Shown piece by piece: positions 36,367 to 51,036 of a DNA stretch of 64,000 nt. The notes below the pieces were generated by a model. The model saw only the letters and a list, made by a program, of their open reading frames with translations, ran no database searches and was not told where the DNA came from. The DNA lies in assembly GCF_004010195.1 (NCBI RefSeq), contig NC_057718.1, forward strand, positions 49,253,239 to 49,317,238, given 5' to 3'. Position 1 is the stretch's first letter. Each line of letters begins with the position of its first letter. The DNA comes from Chiloscyllium plagiosum (lineage: Eukaryota). Position numbers and translations under genes: made by a program.

Positions 36367-37859
36367 CTCAACTGCCATTAATCAGCCTTTATGGAAACCA
36401 TATTTTTGCAAATCAGTGTCCCCATTTCAGGTGAGGGGGAGCTAATTGTTTTGCACAGTGACAGACATTTTGTCAAAACAGTGTTTCATCAATATAATTT
36501 ATCATGGAGAAGCATTGCAACTTTTAAAACTTAATAGAAAACTGAGACTGCTTAACTTTACTGTTGAGCCTAAGTTTTCTTTTGCCATACATTTCTCAGT
36601 ACTGAAAATGCACTATTTATAAATCCAGTTGGATTTATGATCTTCCCTGTAAATCATGATTTATTTTATCTGAAATGATTTAAGTATTTTCCTGTTGGAC
36701 TTTTTAACGTTCAAAAAAAAAATCCCCAAAGCGATTATGTTTAACTTGTGATCAGGATATCATGCTGTACTGCCTGGTTTTTATCAGTCAACAGCTAATC
36801 CAAATTTTAAAAGTCAGAACCATATTCAAAGCTGAAGTGACATGACTTACAATTGCCTTTCATTTTTCATACAGGATGGGTGCTTTGCTCTGTCGGCAAG
36901 GAGATGACACACTCTTGTGATACATGTACACCAGTTCCTGCAGTTTCCATCTGTGGCTTACCCCTGATTTAATACATGTTCTCATTGTGACTCAACATGA
37001 AAGAAAGAGCAAACCACTCACTAATGCATGGACATCACAATAAGCCCGAAAGTTCGTGTTGACTCTGGCTTACAAATACTGCTCCACATGTGGTATGTGA
37101 TATGCGGTCTCATTAACATGGCTTCCTCTTACAGCAGTTTTCCATTGCGCAGTCTTAAAAACATTAACACTTTATTCTGAAGTCAGACACACTCTACCTA
37201 AATCTGCTGAAATGAAGAATTTGTAATTTATACACTGAATGACGTTTCCAACTCTTAAGATCAATTATCATGAACAATAAACGTCTCTTTTCTTTTGCTT
37301 CTCTTTTTATGATGTATTTGCATTTTGAATCATTCAGTATGAACCGGAGGTGGGGATATTTTGAAGGCGGAGGAGGGAGTTTTCACTTTCTTCTCATGCA
37401 CTTACACTGTTTCGAAAGAAATAACTTGTGATTGGTGGCAAACAGACACAGGATTTATTGATCTATAGAACCTTTTATACTTCCTTGTATGAAAATGTAC
37501 ATAATTTTTCTGATCTATTCCTGGAATGTTGATAACACTGAGAAGACTACACTTATTGTTTGTCTCTGGTCAACTTAATGTGCTGGTATCAGTATATCAT
37601 GGGCAAATACTCCATCCTCTCCTATGATATTTGGTCAGATTAGGTTATTTGGTGCATAGAATATAACACAAAAATTTTTCACAAGTCAGATAATTTCTAA
37701 GTCCCATATCTGCAATGGAACAGTTTGGCTAGGGAACATCTAGTTTTGTTTTCAGGTCTTTGGCATTACAGTTAGGATGTTGTCAGTATCCAGTGTGTAG
37801 TCCTCACATGTCTTCTAGCTGAAACATGCAAAGTCCAATCATCCATTACACTTGCAAGT

Positions 37860-38025
37860 ACTTCAGGTCAGGCAGCATCTATGGAGAGAAATAGATGTAA
37901 CATATCAGGTGAATAGCCTTTCATCATAACTGATGAATGATCGTCAACCTGCAATATTACCTCCATTTCTCTCCACAGACACCACCAGAACTGTTGGGTT
38001 TTCCAGCTCTTCTCATTCTTATTTT
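37860..38025. mobile_element. Old Penelope-like hairpin with relic ctgatga centre
   Basis: ggcagcatctatggagagaaat...tttcatcataactgatgaa...atttctctccacagac. Confidence 0.6.
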
Positions 38026-39379
38026 AGAGTTCTCACATCTTCAGTATTTCACTTGTACAAATGCTTCAGCCTTGTCTCTTCCTCTCAGGTATTGGACTCC
38101 ACCATGCTTGAGGATGGACTCTTCTCTTCTTGCTGGGTACCAGGTTGTGCACCATCATTCTCAACTGAACATGGTAGGTCTACAGAGATTTTATCTGATG
38201 CTGAGACTACGTAGCTATGTCACCCAGGCTGCTACTTTAGCATGAAGCTAGCTCAATATCACTTTTACTAATATCAATTCCTTATTGTAATGAATGGCTG
38301 GTTCTGCTTTTGACAACATTTTTATTTTGCATTTCGCATATAACCAGACTTTGCTTCATGTCTGGATGGCGATGAAAAGATGAGGAATATGTTGGGCTCC
38401 ATGGTTACAGGCTGCGGTGATATACAATCCCAAAAGTGATGATGGCCCACATCAGTTTTTGGATACCCAGTGTCTGGGTGTTGACCACTTAATATGGTAG
38501 ATATTAAGCACAAAACCATAGTACAATGATAGTAGTACCATAGACACAAGGTGATCTTTAAATATCAACAGTCGCTTCTACTAATGCTATCATAGACTAT
38601 CGTGCCTTTACACCTCTTCATATTACACCTTCACTTTTTTTATTCCAGCAGCTATATATTGAGGTCTCAGAATATTTGGTCAGTGGTGAAACGTTTTTGA
38701 TCCCAATTTATATTATATTCTGTCTTTGTACATCTTTGTAGCTTCTTCCAAAAGAGATTCAACTTGGAGAAATATTGATGTGTCAGCTGAGGGGAATTTA
38801 TAGGTGGTATTCAGCAGGAGAATTCCTTGAACTTGTTTGACTTCAAGCCATAGGTTTCCTGACTGTTTATTACTTTGTGCTCTCCACTCTTGGATTTCTG
38901 CATGAATAAAGTCATTCTGAAAATTCTAAAACCTTGGAGTGATCTAACCTCACCTGTCTGGTTAAGTTTTCTAATTTACTTACTAACACAAGACCCCAGC
39001 CCCATTCCTCTTCTTTGGCCTGGAGGCACTGGGATCCTGTGGTCTATGGCTTTAATCTCCTCTCCTAATCAGGAGCAATGCTAGTCAGCTAAAGATGGCA
39101 TCGCCCATCTAGACCAATGAGGCAATTTGGATCCAACTATAATTTTCATAGGTAAACTCTAATTTTTTTAGTGATTTGTTTTAGTTACATTATTTGCAAA
39201 AATCTGTCAAAGCATTCAGAAAATGATTTATACAAAGATTTCAACTATTTTATAAAACAAAATCATATAACACAAGTCCATGAAATGTTTAGGTGTAGGT
39301 TGGTGACCACATCTCAGATGACAACTGTATTAACATATTAGACACAATAATTTGAATAACTGTCAAGTATTGAACTAAG

Positions 39380-39615
39380 AAATCTCCAAGGGTTGTGAGT
39401 ATTTGGAATTCTCTTCCTTGAAAGGCAATGAATACAGAATCTTTAAACATCTTTAAGGCAGAGGTGGATGGATTCTCACTTACCAAGAAGATGAAAGAAT
39501 ATCAGGTATATGCAGGAATGTAGACTTCAGGTTAAAATTAGATCTGCCATGATCTTATTGAATGATGGAGCAGGCTTGAAGGGCTCAGTGGCCTACCTTT
39601 GCTCCTTGTCCGTAT
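39380..39615 (+). mobile_element. CR1 3' end
   Basis: RVVSIWNSLP-like frame followed by gccatgatcttattgaatgatggagcaggcttgaagggc 3'UTR. Confidence 0.75.
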
Positions 39616-40589
39616 GATGATAATGTTTTTAGGCTTAATAAGGATTAGCTATTAAATAACACTCAGAATTTGCCAAGGGTGTCAGACAGCTGGCCTTTTG
39701 GCACTAGGACATGGATTGATCAAAGGATCACACAGAAACAGATCACGATGAAGTATTGCAACATGCTCTGCCTTATGATTAGACCTCCCATATTGCTGTG
39801 GCTCAGCATTGCTAGCGATCACTGATCCAAATGCTATCCTTATTCTTTGGACCCCAGTCTGTTTGAGATAGAGGGGATGGTTGAACCCAGAACATGGATG
39901 GCTCCTACCAGAATACCCCTGAGAAATGCTGTTTTGGTTTCTCAGAGCTCTAGATGGAGGCACGACTGCATGAGTGTCGGTGCCAAATATGAGAACTTAG
40001 ATTGTGAATTCCACCAGAATATCCAAAGTTAGTGTCATTTCCACTTTACACCTTTCAGAAAGATGGGTACATCAAATCATTGGCCTCCAGAGGAAAGAAA
40101 CATGGTCGTTTTCTAGGATGCTCATTTTACATTTTGCAAGTACAGAAATTGATTCAAAATCCATGTAAGTTTGGTCTCCCTGCCTTTTCTGGACAGATGT
40201 TTGTTAAATAAAGCATTTTTCAGGCAGCAGTGTTCAGCGATATCCTGGGAGATGGCAGGCTTGAAACTACTTATCTTGTTTCACTCTCAATTGTTGCAAT
40301 GGATTTCAAACTAATGACTTGATTGTATTTTGATAGCTGTTTGACCTGACCTCAGTACCCAAAGGGCAGAGGAGGTTAGTAACCAACAGAACTGGTTGCA
40401 ATCGCACAAGAGGCACAGTATCCTGAATCTATAGTTTACAATTTAGTCTGCCACCAAGAGAGTGGTGCCATTGCTCATGACTGTCATTTTCTTCATTGTC
40501 AGGAGGGCTGAAAGATGTCAAATTGTTGAAGGAGAACTGACAAGTGAGAAACACCCCCTGTACTTTCCCTGGACCCGACTGACACTTTG

Positions 40590-40593
<4 letters not shown>

Positions 40594-40620
<27 letters not shown>

Positions 40621-40621
40621 C
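40594..40621 (+). repeat. (CA)n microsatellite
   Basis: Direct reading. Confidence 0.95.
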
Positions 40622-40782
40622 TTAGCAATATGGCTGCCTGGGGATTCACACGTCCGTTCAAAGCCTCCCAACATCTGGATTTGCTTCTCATCTAATCACA
40701 AAATCTGTCTCTGGGCAGACAGCAAGAGTGGGAGTGAGAGAGCTTATGATGGGAGTAACTGGTGAAGCAGCATTAGAAGCAG

Positions 40783-43700
40783 AGGGCCTGAACTTCACAA
40801 GACATCAACAAAATATCTTTCGTGTCCACTTTCGAGGGTTTCTCTCTGCGAGGCCTAGATGGTATTTTCATGTGATCATCCCAAACTCATTAAATAGGTA
40901 CCATGTCACTTATGGGCTCCCCACCACCACCTTGCTGATTCTTCCCCTGCCAGTAGGAAGAAGCCAGGATTCCTGGCATTGTTATCATATTTAAATGGCC
41001 ATTGTGCACCGAGTCAAGCATGGGCAATCTTGAGCTACCTGCACAGTTTAAGACATTATCCGTGGACATGACAGACAAGGGAAATTGGCATCCAATTTTA
41101 AGAATAGGGGCCTGGAGATTCAGATGGATGGGGTGGGGCACAGGAAGGTTGTCCTCTTCCTGCAGGACTGTGTAGAGGAGGTCACAACACCAGACCCTGA
41201 TAACCTGCCACCCAGGTCAATGTGGTCTCAGTTATCTGGAGAAATGTCTAGAAATACCACAAGCTGATCAATGACCTTTTCTGTTTTGCCAGTGTAATTA
41301 CCACCCCTTCTCTCCCACTCACTCTGTCTCTTCTACTGCACCCACCTCTTACCAATGTTCATGCTCTATCACTTTCATTATTGCATACAAAATCTTCCCA
41401 CTTGTTGTCTCCCACCCTAAACTCCCACTTTTCTAACCCTGCATGACCTTTGAGCTGCTTACTCACTCATTCAAGACATCTCAGCACTTTTCCCCTGCCT
41501 GTACCAGATAATAAAAGCTGCATTACTCGTATCCATCTCATTCAATCTCTTTCTTTCCCCCATTGCAGGAGAAAGTAGACCATAGAAAGACTGAAGGTGC
41601 AACAGTGGTAGTTCTTCATCCCTAACAGGAGACGATCAGGGCTCTCAAGGGCCAGCACTAGAGATGCTGAAATATCTCTGTCCCAGCAAGCAAGTAAGAA
41701 GTACTGATCTTTGATGTGCTACTCTCCATTGGCCCTGATAGTGAATGCATTCTTAATATGCAAAAACCTCTGTATCTTGATTGCTACACATTCTCTCTTT
41801 TGTCTCCTACAAGTGCTAGTGGGACTTTGTGGATTCGTTCCTCCCATTGGCCAATCAGGTCGTACCGCCTACCTGTCTTCACCTATCCCCACTTCACCAC
41901 CCTGTCCCTGCCACTCCTTTTATCTGCAGTTTCCCCCCACACCCAGCCCCCAGTCCTGAAGAAGGGTTACACCTGAAACATTGACTTCTCCACCCCTCAA
42001 TATTGCCTGCCTTGCTGTGTTCTTCCAGCCTCCTGCTTTGTCTACTGCGAGATTTCCATGGTGGCCAAAGTCAAGATGGCTATGCCATAAGACACTTGCT
42101 CTTCCACCTCTGAGGAGGAGAGCACTGATGCTTAGGCTCTGCCCTGCACCCACAGTAGCTCAGAGACTGACACCTCCACTGATATGCAGATCAGGTTAGA
42201 GTACTGAGCACCTATTGGTGAACATTTCACAGCCACATCCCTGAAGCTGATCATGGACGAAATGCTGCCAGTCTCTGGCACTCAGAGGATTGTAGGAGAC
42301 CAGGCGCTTGCTCATCCCAGGCAGGGGAGAAACCCCTCACAATGTTGGCAATTCATGACTTTATTGGCATAGAGAAACAGATGTGTTTCAGCTTCAGTGT
42401 ATAGGTTTCAGTGTAATGTTGCCCTTTGAACAAGACAAAATAAAACTGTGGCATCCATGTTCATCTTACTCAATACTTCCGTTTGGCACATTGATTAAAA
42501 TTGAAGCCTTTTGCATCACAGAATGACTTGTCACACTGGATGTAGTTGTGGTTATTTTCTTCTCCAGTGTTACTTACAGCACAATGGAAGACAGCAGCAG
42601 TCGCTTATTAAGCAGTGACTTTGAGGCTCAGCCTCTTAACATTGGTGAACACCCAAATGTAAGCACTTCCTTCTTGGGAACCATCCCAGCAACCCCATAG
42701 GCTCTCTATGCCCACAAGACCCCACCTGACCCATCTATCTGAATCTTCATCAGCCTACTTTACCACCCTTAGTCTCGGTAAACATACCATCTCTAGAGAA
42801 CAATAATTTCCCACCACAACCCTTTTTAAAATAGCATCATAACCCCCTTTCTCATGTTATCTCTTTCACTTCAATGCTGTATCATCTCTCTTATATATTG
42901 CATTGACCCTTCACTGTTATATTCCTCTCTGTTTGCCAGCATTATTCCTCCAATCTCCACAATTAAGTTTCCCAGCAGTGGTCCCTGCAACTCCTTCTGA
43001 TTTTTAGTGGAGAGACTACCAAGACAGACCATACCCCAGCCCCTTCAGAACTTCACTGGATGGTCCTGAAGGAGCATGTCTATCGAGCACCCGATTGTGT
43101 TCATGTGACTCCCCAATTATGGTCCTGTGACTGCCTGGATTGGTTATACTGGACTCATAAACTGACCATGGCCCATTCCCCAAACAGAAGAGGGATGTTG
43201 GCAGACTGCCTGAGTGCCCCACTGACTGTGCCCAATCCCCTGAACTGATATCGGCTGCTGCCTTGACATACTCTACTGAGACTCTCTGCATGAAATGTGT
43301 CTCTCCGGACTTGACTGAGGACCACTCCCCAAAGACTTTGAGATACGGGTGTTCACTTGAAATAAATGCAGTGTCTTTGGCATGCATATGGCTGGTCCAT
43401 AATGCAGATGTAACAGTGACATAGCACAGTGCCATGAAACACTTGAGTGAAGACTACTGACTCTATGACAAGCTTCCTGGTTTTGCGTCTGTGCTAAAAT
43501 GCAAGACAGAACAATGTTATGAGTCTTTAAGCTACAGCTGAGAGAGCAAAGCACTAAAAGGCAAGGCAAAGCAGGGATGCTGTGGGCATTGAAATTGGTG
43601 GTAAGTGAGTGAAAACTAAGTGAGCAGACCTGAAATGCAATATGTGTGCTGGCTACCTGTGCACTTGTTCAAAGTAGTAGCATTAAATGGAAGGTGCGGA

Positions 43701-44178
43701 AATGCGGAAGTGAACAGTAAGTTGATCAGAGAGATGCCATGACGATGTAGAGAGGCTGGTATTTGTGGGATGCCAATATCCGCACATGTGGGCTGTATCC
43801 AGTCACTGCCATAGAGTGTGATCTGAGATGTTTGTGCCCACTGTCCAAGATGGTGGTCCAGAGAAGCAAACAGTGAGCTGGAGTCATCAGGTACTTCCTC
43901 AGACTTTTATTCAGGAATTCTCTGTCTAGTTTCTATCCAGTTAGTGGTAGATTGGGAGACAGCATGTTCATGAGCTAATAATCAGTGTGTTAATGAGTGA
44001 CAATCCTTATTAATAGGTCTCCCACTGCTCAATAACAAGAATGTCATGTCAATGTCTAATACTTGGTTGGAATTTGTGGCTTTTTGGTCTTAAGGAGGAC
44101 ATCACTGGATATCTTACCTGGTTTTCCCAAAATTCTTGCCATTTCTGCATCATTCAGGGTTTGGAAAAGTTCTGCTCG
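40783..44178 (+). mobile_element. Decayed PIF/Harbinger-like DNA transposon (Myb/SANT relic at ~41090-41700)
   Basis: QVNVVS...INDL then acceptor cccattgcag followed by EKVDHRKTEG; weak TIR-like ends gggcctgaacttc / gaaaagttctgctc. Boundaries uncertain. Confidence 0.35.
41830..42045 (+). mobile_element. Penelope-like 3'UTR with hammerhead relic at 41952-41986
   Basis: C-rich UTR, then AGTC-CTGAAGA-A-GGGT-TAC-ACCT-GAAA-CATT|GACT, then tgcctgccttgctgtgttcttccagc (family A-related). Confidence 0.7.
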
Positions 44179-45034
44179 GACTTTATAAGTGGAGAAGCAG
44201 TTCTTCATAGATTTTGGCTCTCCCACACAAAAGGGACACTTTGCTCCAGCTGCTTGTCCCACATGATAGAATTTTGATCAGTGTTTTGTATTTTTGGGGA
44301 TGAATTCTGATTATACACCTGTCTATTTTGAAAGATGCCACACACACATCATACCATGGAGAATGGAGCGAATAACTTAAAGAAAACATTGACTTAATTC
44401 ATATTAATCAGAGCCCAGTAAGTTAATATGCATTGAAAGTTCTTGCTGTTTGCTGTTATTTTAGAATTCCCTTTCATAGGAATGGACACAGGTGGATGCT
44501 GAAGATAAAACAGTGTAACTTGTGTCAATTAGGGCTCTTGTAGTGTAGTGGTAATGTCTATGCCAGTGAACCAGAGGGCCCAGATTCAAGACCAACTTCC
44601 TCCAGACATGTATAGTAATAACATCTCTGACCAGGCCGATTAGAAAATATCTTTTGTTCTTGTAGACTAGGAATTACTCACAGTTCAGGTAAGTTATTGG
44701 TTTCTTCTTAGAAAACAGGTTTCAAGAGAAGTCAAAATTAGAGACTGCCTTTAGCCGAGCCAATAGCTGCTTGTTGTCTGTGCTGCTGATTAAAAAACAA
44801 ACAGACTCATTGAACACCTCAGATTTCTACAATTACAGCCACCCAAAAACCTAAAGTTTCAGTCATGTGGCAGAGTTCCTGGATCAGGAAATTCAATTGA
44901 ATAAAGTGGTTTTGATTTCTCTCAGCAAAAGCCATTGTACATGGTCAGAAACATCTGTGGGATTGTTCACACCACTCTGGCTTTCTTTGCTCAGAACTGA
45001 GGTGGACTGATTGTCTGTTGCTCCTTTGTGCAGG

Positions 45035-45259
45035 TGTAGTGATTGCAACAATGACAGCTAGGTGCACATCATAGAATATGAGTTCCCCAATTGGAGTTGT
45101 TAACCTGGTCCTAACAGGGAGTCCTGGCTGACAGCTATAAACAGGAGTGTCAGAGGTGCTGTACACTCTGAGATCTGGCTCTGAAGAAGTCAGACCAATG
45201 TCAAAGAGTTTGTCCATGCGATTTGGTAACAGGATACCAGCCTCTGTGGAGTTATTTCA
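45035..45259 (+). mobile_element. Short LTR (225 bp)
   Basis: TG...CA termini (tgtagt...tttca), central tataaa; no clear TSD. Confidence 0.55.
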
Positions 45260-47584
45260 GTGTATTTTATTATTCCTTAACACATATAGGAAGTGTATGA
45301 TTCCAATGCAATGAAAAGTTAGCTTTTGTCCTGGAAATTGATGAAACTTTTTAAAAGCAGGCACTTCACCCATTTTGTGTTCAATTGCAGCCATTTTAAA
45401 TCCAGCAAATGCCTACTTATAAAAAAGGCTGTGGCATTTTTATTTTCTGTAGTTTTTATTGTGGACTGAAATGAAAAAGAACTGTTTCAAAAAACAAGGA
45501 TTGTTCGGGGATTGTTGCATTTTTTAAAGCAGTAACCTGGCACAGATTGGAAGAGCTGTCAATACAGCTTCTGGGTCAGCAGCAGGAGTAAGGGTCTGTG
45601 GGTTTGGGATGAGTTATCAATGACAAAGGCCTTTCATTGATCTCTATGTCCTTCCTTGCTTTGATCTGCCTGTACTGCTTGCAAAACAATACTTTTCACC
45701 GTACTTAGGTACACATGGCTGCAATAAATCAAATTGAATCACATCAAAGAAAGCATCTGGAGAAAGAAAACTAAAAACCAGCATTCTTATCAGTATAAGA
45801 ACCATCTCAGCAGATTTGGTGAATAAGGGCCACTGCACTGCTTTTCTCTCCAACCATTTGTTGCCCTGTACATATGTGCCTGTCTGAATGTTTGTGTAAA
45901 GGAGGAGTCTATAAAGGGGTTAGAATTTTAAGTACTAGTATTATATGTCAATGGTTCATCTTTGTTTAATTGTAATTAGAGTCTATTTATTTCTAACTAT
46001 CATGAACACTTGTTCTGTACAGAAATCTAGTCCATGCTTTCTGGCTTGAAAAGATAGGTTAAGTTGGGGAATTCTGGGTTTTTCAAAATCTTTAACATTT
46101 GTGACCAATCTGGAAATAGAAGGTCTTGATTTTCAGCATGTTATTCCAGTGAGGAGTAATGCATTTTAAAAATTAAATAACAGAGTACAGTTTGGAAAAG
46201 CAACAATTTATGCTTAGAGGGTATGAAAGGTACTTGTGACTGTAAGTCTTTTGTGATTGAATAACATCATGAAAGGTGTAAGATAAATATAAGCTCTTCT
46301 TTATTTTTAAGCATACTACACATTCTATACATTAATAGTAGCATAATATAGATAGTCGCGGTGAAAGATTTTTGCTGTTTCTGAGTTGATGGAGGGAAAT
46401 AGGAAATAGCAGCAAGAAAAAAGCGCACTTGGCCCCTTGAATCTATTCTACCATTCAACTGGATCATGGCTGATGTTCTATCCTTGTGGTGGGGAGGCCA
46501 ATTAATGAAAATCTGGATAAATGAGACAGTAGCAGATTGTCAAATTCTTGCAATTCCTGTTTTGTGCCTTGGTGACAAGGAGGCATTGCTACAAATGTGA
46601 ACTGCTAACACAACATATCCATCATCAATTTCACAGCCTGTACATAGATATGATGTTCCTCAGGCATTTTTTCCGAGGTGAGGTGATTTAGTTCCTATAA
46701 TGCTCCTGACATAGACAGCCCTCTCTGGTAAGGTGTCACTCCTCTGGAACACTAATTCTCACCAAAGTGTTCTCCGCAGCTACCTGAGGATAATAGCTTC
46801 AAACTGGATTCTCGGGGAGAGGTGCACAAGAATTGAAGATAGTGAGGTATATCTAAAGAAACCTCAAGAAGAATGCGGTCACCGTTGGTTAGACCTTTGG
46901 TTATTAATTATTGGGAATGCATATTCAAAATTAAGGATAATGTAAAAAAAAACTCGAAAATACAGAACTATTTGGATCATTATAGGCCAAGCTGATCGCC
47001 TCGTCAGTGCCATTTTCCCATGCTGACTCCATTTCCCGTCATGAGGTGAGACTCCAGAAACCTAATGGTTTCTATATTGAAATTGCTTGATGATTGAGCT
47101 TCCTCAACCTTCCTTGACCTTCTGGAGTCAAGAATTCCAAAGATTCAACATTCTCTGAGTGAAGATATTTATCTTCCTATCAGCCTTAAATGGACTGCTT
47201 CTTTTCCTACGATTACATTCCTTGCTTCTGGAGTCAACTAACCTATATAAGCTTCTGCCTTTTGCTATTGCCATTTTGTGATAACAAAATGCTATCAATC
47301 AAACAAGACTCCCATTGACTTTGGTCTGTCAGAATATTATAACACTTTGCACAAATGAAAAACAAAATACCGTCCCCTCTCTATTGGAGAAGAATGAGAA
47401 CGGTTTTTTTTCACAAAAGACAAACAAAAAGGAATATTAAATGAAATCAGGAGGCACACCTCAAGTACACCCACCATAACAGACTCTGGAAGAACTTTGT
47501 GAGTCCAACCCATTTCCTCAATCTTTCCTCACAAAACAATTCAGGCATCTCAGGGATTTCCTTCCTTAGGTTAGAAGACCAAAC

Positions 47585-48415
47585 CAGTGGCAGATGGAGT
47601 TCAATTTAGATAAATGTGAGGTGCTGCATTTTGAAAAGGCAAATCAGGGCAGGTAAATCATATACTTAATGGTAAGGACCTGGCAAGTGTTGCTGAACAA
47701 AGAAGCCTTGGAATGCAGGTTCATTGTTCCTTGAAAGTGGAATTCCAGGTAGACAGGATAGTTAAGAAGGTGTTTGGTACACTTTATTGGTCCGAGCATT
47801 GAGTATAGGAGTTGGGAGGTCATGCTGCAGCTGTACAGGACATTGGTTTGGCCACTTTTGGAAGATTGTGTGCAATTCTGGCCTCCCTGCTACAGGAAGG
47901 ATGTTGTAAAACATGAAAGAGTTCAGAAAAGATTGACAAGGATGTTGCCAGGGTTAGAGGGTTTGAGCTATAAAAAGAGACTGAATAAGCTGGGGCTGTT
48001 TTCCCTGCACCATCGGAGGCTGAGAGGTGACGTTAAAGAAGTTTATAAAATCATGAGGGGCATGGATACGATGAACAGCCAAAGTTTCTTTACCCCAGGG
48101 TAGTGAGTCCAAAATCTGGGGGTATAAGTTTAGAGTGAGAGGGGAAAGATTTAAAAGGGACTTAATGGACAGTTTATGCACTCAGCAGGTACTGCTTATA
48201 TGGAACAAGCTGCCAGAATAAGTGGTGGAGGCTGGTACAAATACAACGTTTGAAAGATATCTGGATGGATATATGAATAGAAAGGGTTTAGAGGGATATC
48301 AGCCTACTGCTGACAAATGGGACTAGATTAATTTAAGGTATCTGGTTAGCATGGACAAGTTGGATTAAAGGGTCTGTTTCCATGCTGTTCAACTCTTATG
48401 ATTCTATAACTTTAT
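47585..48415 (+). mobile_element. CR1 LINE 3' fragment
   Basis: WQMEFNLDKCEVLHF, MLQLYRTLVWPLLEDCVQFW, RRLRGDVKEVYKIMRG; (tatga)-type tail. Confidence 0.9.
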
Positions 48416-50934
48416 GACAGTACTCCAGTTGTGTGCAACTGCAGCAAGACACTCTTTGTTCTGTATTCAATTCCACTTGAATCAAACACCAACATGTTTT
48501 CTTTCTAATTGCTTGCTGCACCTACATGATAGCTTTTAGTGACTAAGATCAAGGCAGAGACCAATGGGTTTTTGGATAAGAAAGAAATCAAGGAGTGTGG
48601 GGCTAATATGGCTGAGATAGAAGATTAGCTATGTTCAAATGGAATGACAGAACAAAATCAAAAGGTGAAATGACCTACTTTTGTTCTTTTTCATTGTTAT
48701 TCTTATATTCTTGTTTCTTAGGCAGGACAGTCGAGCATAAATTGTTTCTGTCCATTTTATGCCATAAAGCACTTTCCCCAAAGCTCTCTTTTTGAATTTT
48801 CTCATGATTTTTCTGCCAAGTCTGAAATGAACTCTGACATATGTTATTGTGAGAAGCAGTGGCAGAGTAGATGTGAATTTCCTGAGTTTGCATTACTAAT
48901 TCACTCTGGGTAAATAAGACGGAGAGAGAAATAAGGCACAGCAGCTGTTGATTGACTAATTAAGGCAGAGTTGAATGTCTGTGAGGTTGGAAGAGCTTGA
49001 AAAGTTTAAGAGCAAAATATTATTGGTGCTGGAAACCAGAAACAAGCACAGAGAATTTTGGAGAAACTCAGGAGGTCTGGCACCATCTGTGGACAGAGAA
49101 ATTGAGTTATCTGTGAAGAAGATCTGAAGAAAATACATACCAGACTTAACTTTAACAGTGTTTTCTGTGCTTGTTTTGGAAAGTTTAAACTCTGACCTCT
49201 GCTGCTTGGCAACACATTTTCATAGAAGCTTTATTGGACTTTTGAATAAATGTGCCCGTATACGCTTCTGAGTGGCAATATCAACTTAGGACCTCTGAGA
49301 AACAGCGATGTCATGGATGAAGAGAAGTACAACATTGAGCAACCCCCTTTTACCAGCTCTGGATCCAAACCCTCCCTTAATTCCCTTTCACACGCAGGGT
49401 GCCACCCACAAGTACTTGAACTATTCACCTCTTCCTGATCTGACCCATCTTAACCTGTGCAGAACTGATCTCCTTCACACTTCTCCAGGTACTGACCCCA
49501 CCTTTGATGACCCAGGATACTACTCACAGTGCCTGACTCCTTGTTCACCCATTCCCAACTTGTATCACTTCCCCTTGCTCTGGACCTTATCCACTTTCCC
49601 TGTTCTGGACTTGAAACCCCTTCACCCACCTTAAACATAATGCCTCTTTATACTCGGCAAACTAATCTCTCTTCACACCCCAGGACCTGATACTCCTTTA
49701 GCCACTCTGGACTCACACCACCTTCCCTCACTTCCTCTATTCCTGCTCTGGATCTGATCTAGAATGCTCCAATGCTCTCTCTTGGCATGCTACCTACTAC
49801 CCCCGGCACCCTGCTTACCACATTCTCTATTCCCTGGAATCCTAACCTTACACTTACCTTGACTACAGCTGTCAGTGTGGCTGTCAGTGGTTCTGGAATA
49901 CAGCAGTTGACTGCCATGACTACCATGGTCTGCCTTCCCCCAACGGTTCTGCATTACGAGACAACTGACAGAATGGAAGAAAGGTTCTATATTCATGAAG
50001 GAGCTCCAACAGAATCTCCTTTCAGAGATGTGGAGTTCCCTTCTTACATTAAAAAAAATGGATAAAATGGTAACCTGTCTGAGTTTGCCAAGATTTGCAA
50101 AATCTGGCCATTAGTTTTTAATATTCTAACCTTTCTTACTTAGCTATTTACCCCTTGAATTTTCCAATTTAAATGGGGGGCTCCAGGTGTAGGGAATTGC
50201 CAAAGAGAATCTTCAATTTCCTGTGAAATTCCTTCAGATTCTGCAATGCTGGTTATTCATGCAGACCCCATGTCCAGTTCCTATGTTTGCTTCAGAAATG
50301 ATTATTTGGCCAGGCACGTTTACAGGATTGGACATAACCAACAGTTTTGACATATCCCTTTGAATAAGAAGTCAAAACTACAAAAAAAAACCCTTTATTG
50401 TCAGGGAGACTTTATTTTAATCATTAGCCATTTAGTATAATGTCAGCATCACAAATTTTCCAAAGAACTGTGATGAACATTCAACAAGGCATTAGAAGAG
50501 TAATATTACATATGGGTACCATATGCTCTATGGTGAATCCATTGAAGAATATGATCTGAAGGTTAACACAGTTTTTAACTCATCCAGAAGAGGAAGACCA
50601 GACACTTATTGAAAAGTTTGAATTCTCATAAACATCTATACATTTTCTCGAGAATGTTGCTCGTAATAAGGATATAATGGTAAATCGAAGAGCCAGTCAT
50701 AAATTCCCAATCTCCACTTCCAAGCAGGTCCTTCAACAGTTTCTCAGAATAGTTAATCAACAGGTAAAACTTCTGCTCAACCCAGCACAAGTTCTGAATG
50801 TTAAGACATTATGAGAGAAAACCCAAGGATGCTGGGTAATAGTGGATTACTAGCTTTCACTGCTGACTGCAGTTACAGCAGATGCCTCATCTACAGGACT
50901 GAGGTAGTCCTTCATTAAGAATAGTGAGATGGGT

Positions 50935-51036
50935 CGATTTTCCTGCTCCTCGGATGTTGCCTGACCTGCTGTGCTTTTCCAGTACCACTCTGATCTTGAC
51001 TCTGATCTCTAGCATCTGTAGTACCCACTTTCACCT
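50935..51036 (+). mobile_element. Penelope-like terminal arm (family A) starting at the hammerhead cleavage site; 8-bp TSD
   Basis: TSD agatgggt at 50927-50934 and 51037-51044; insert begins cgattttcctgctcctcggatg. Confidence 0.8.
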
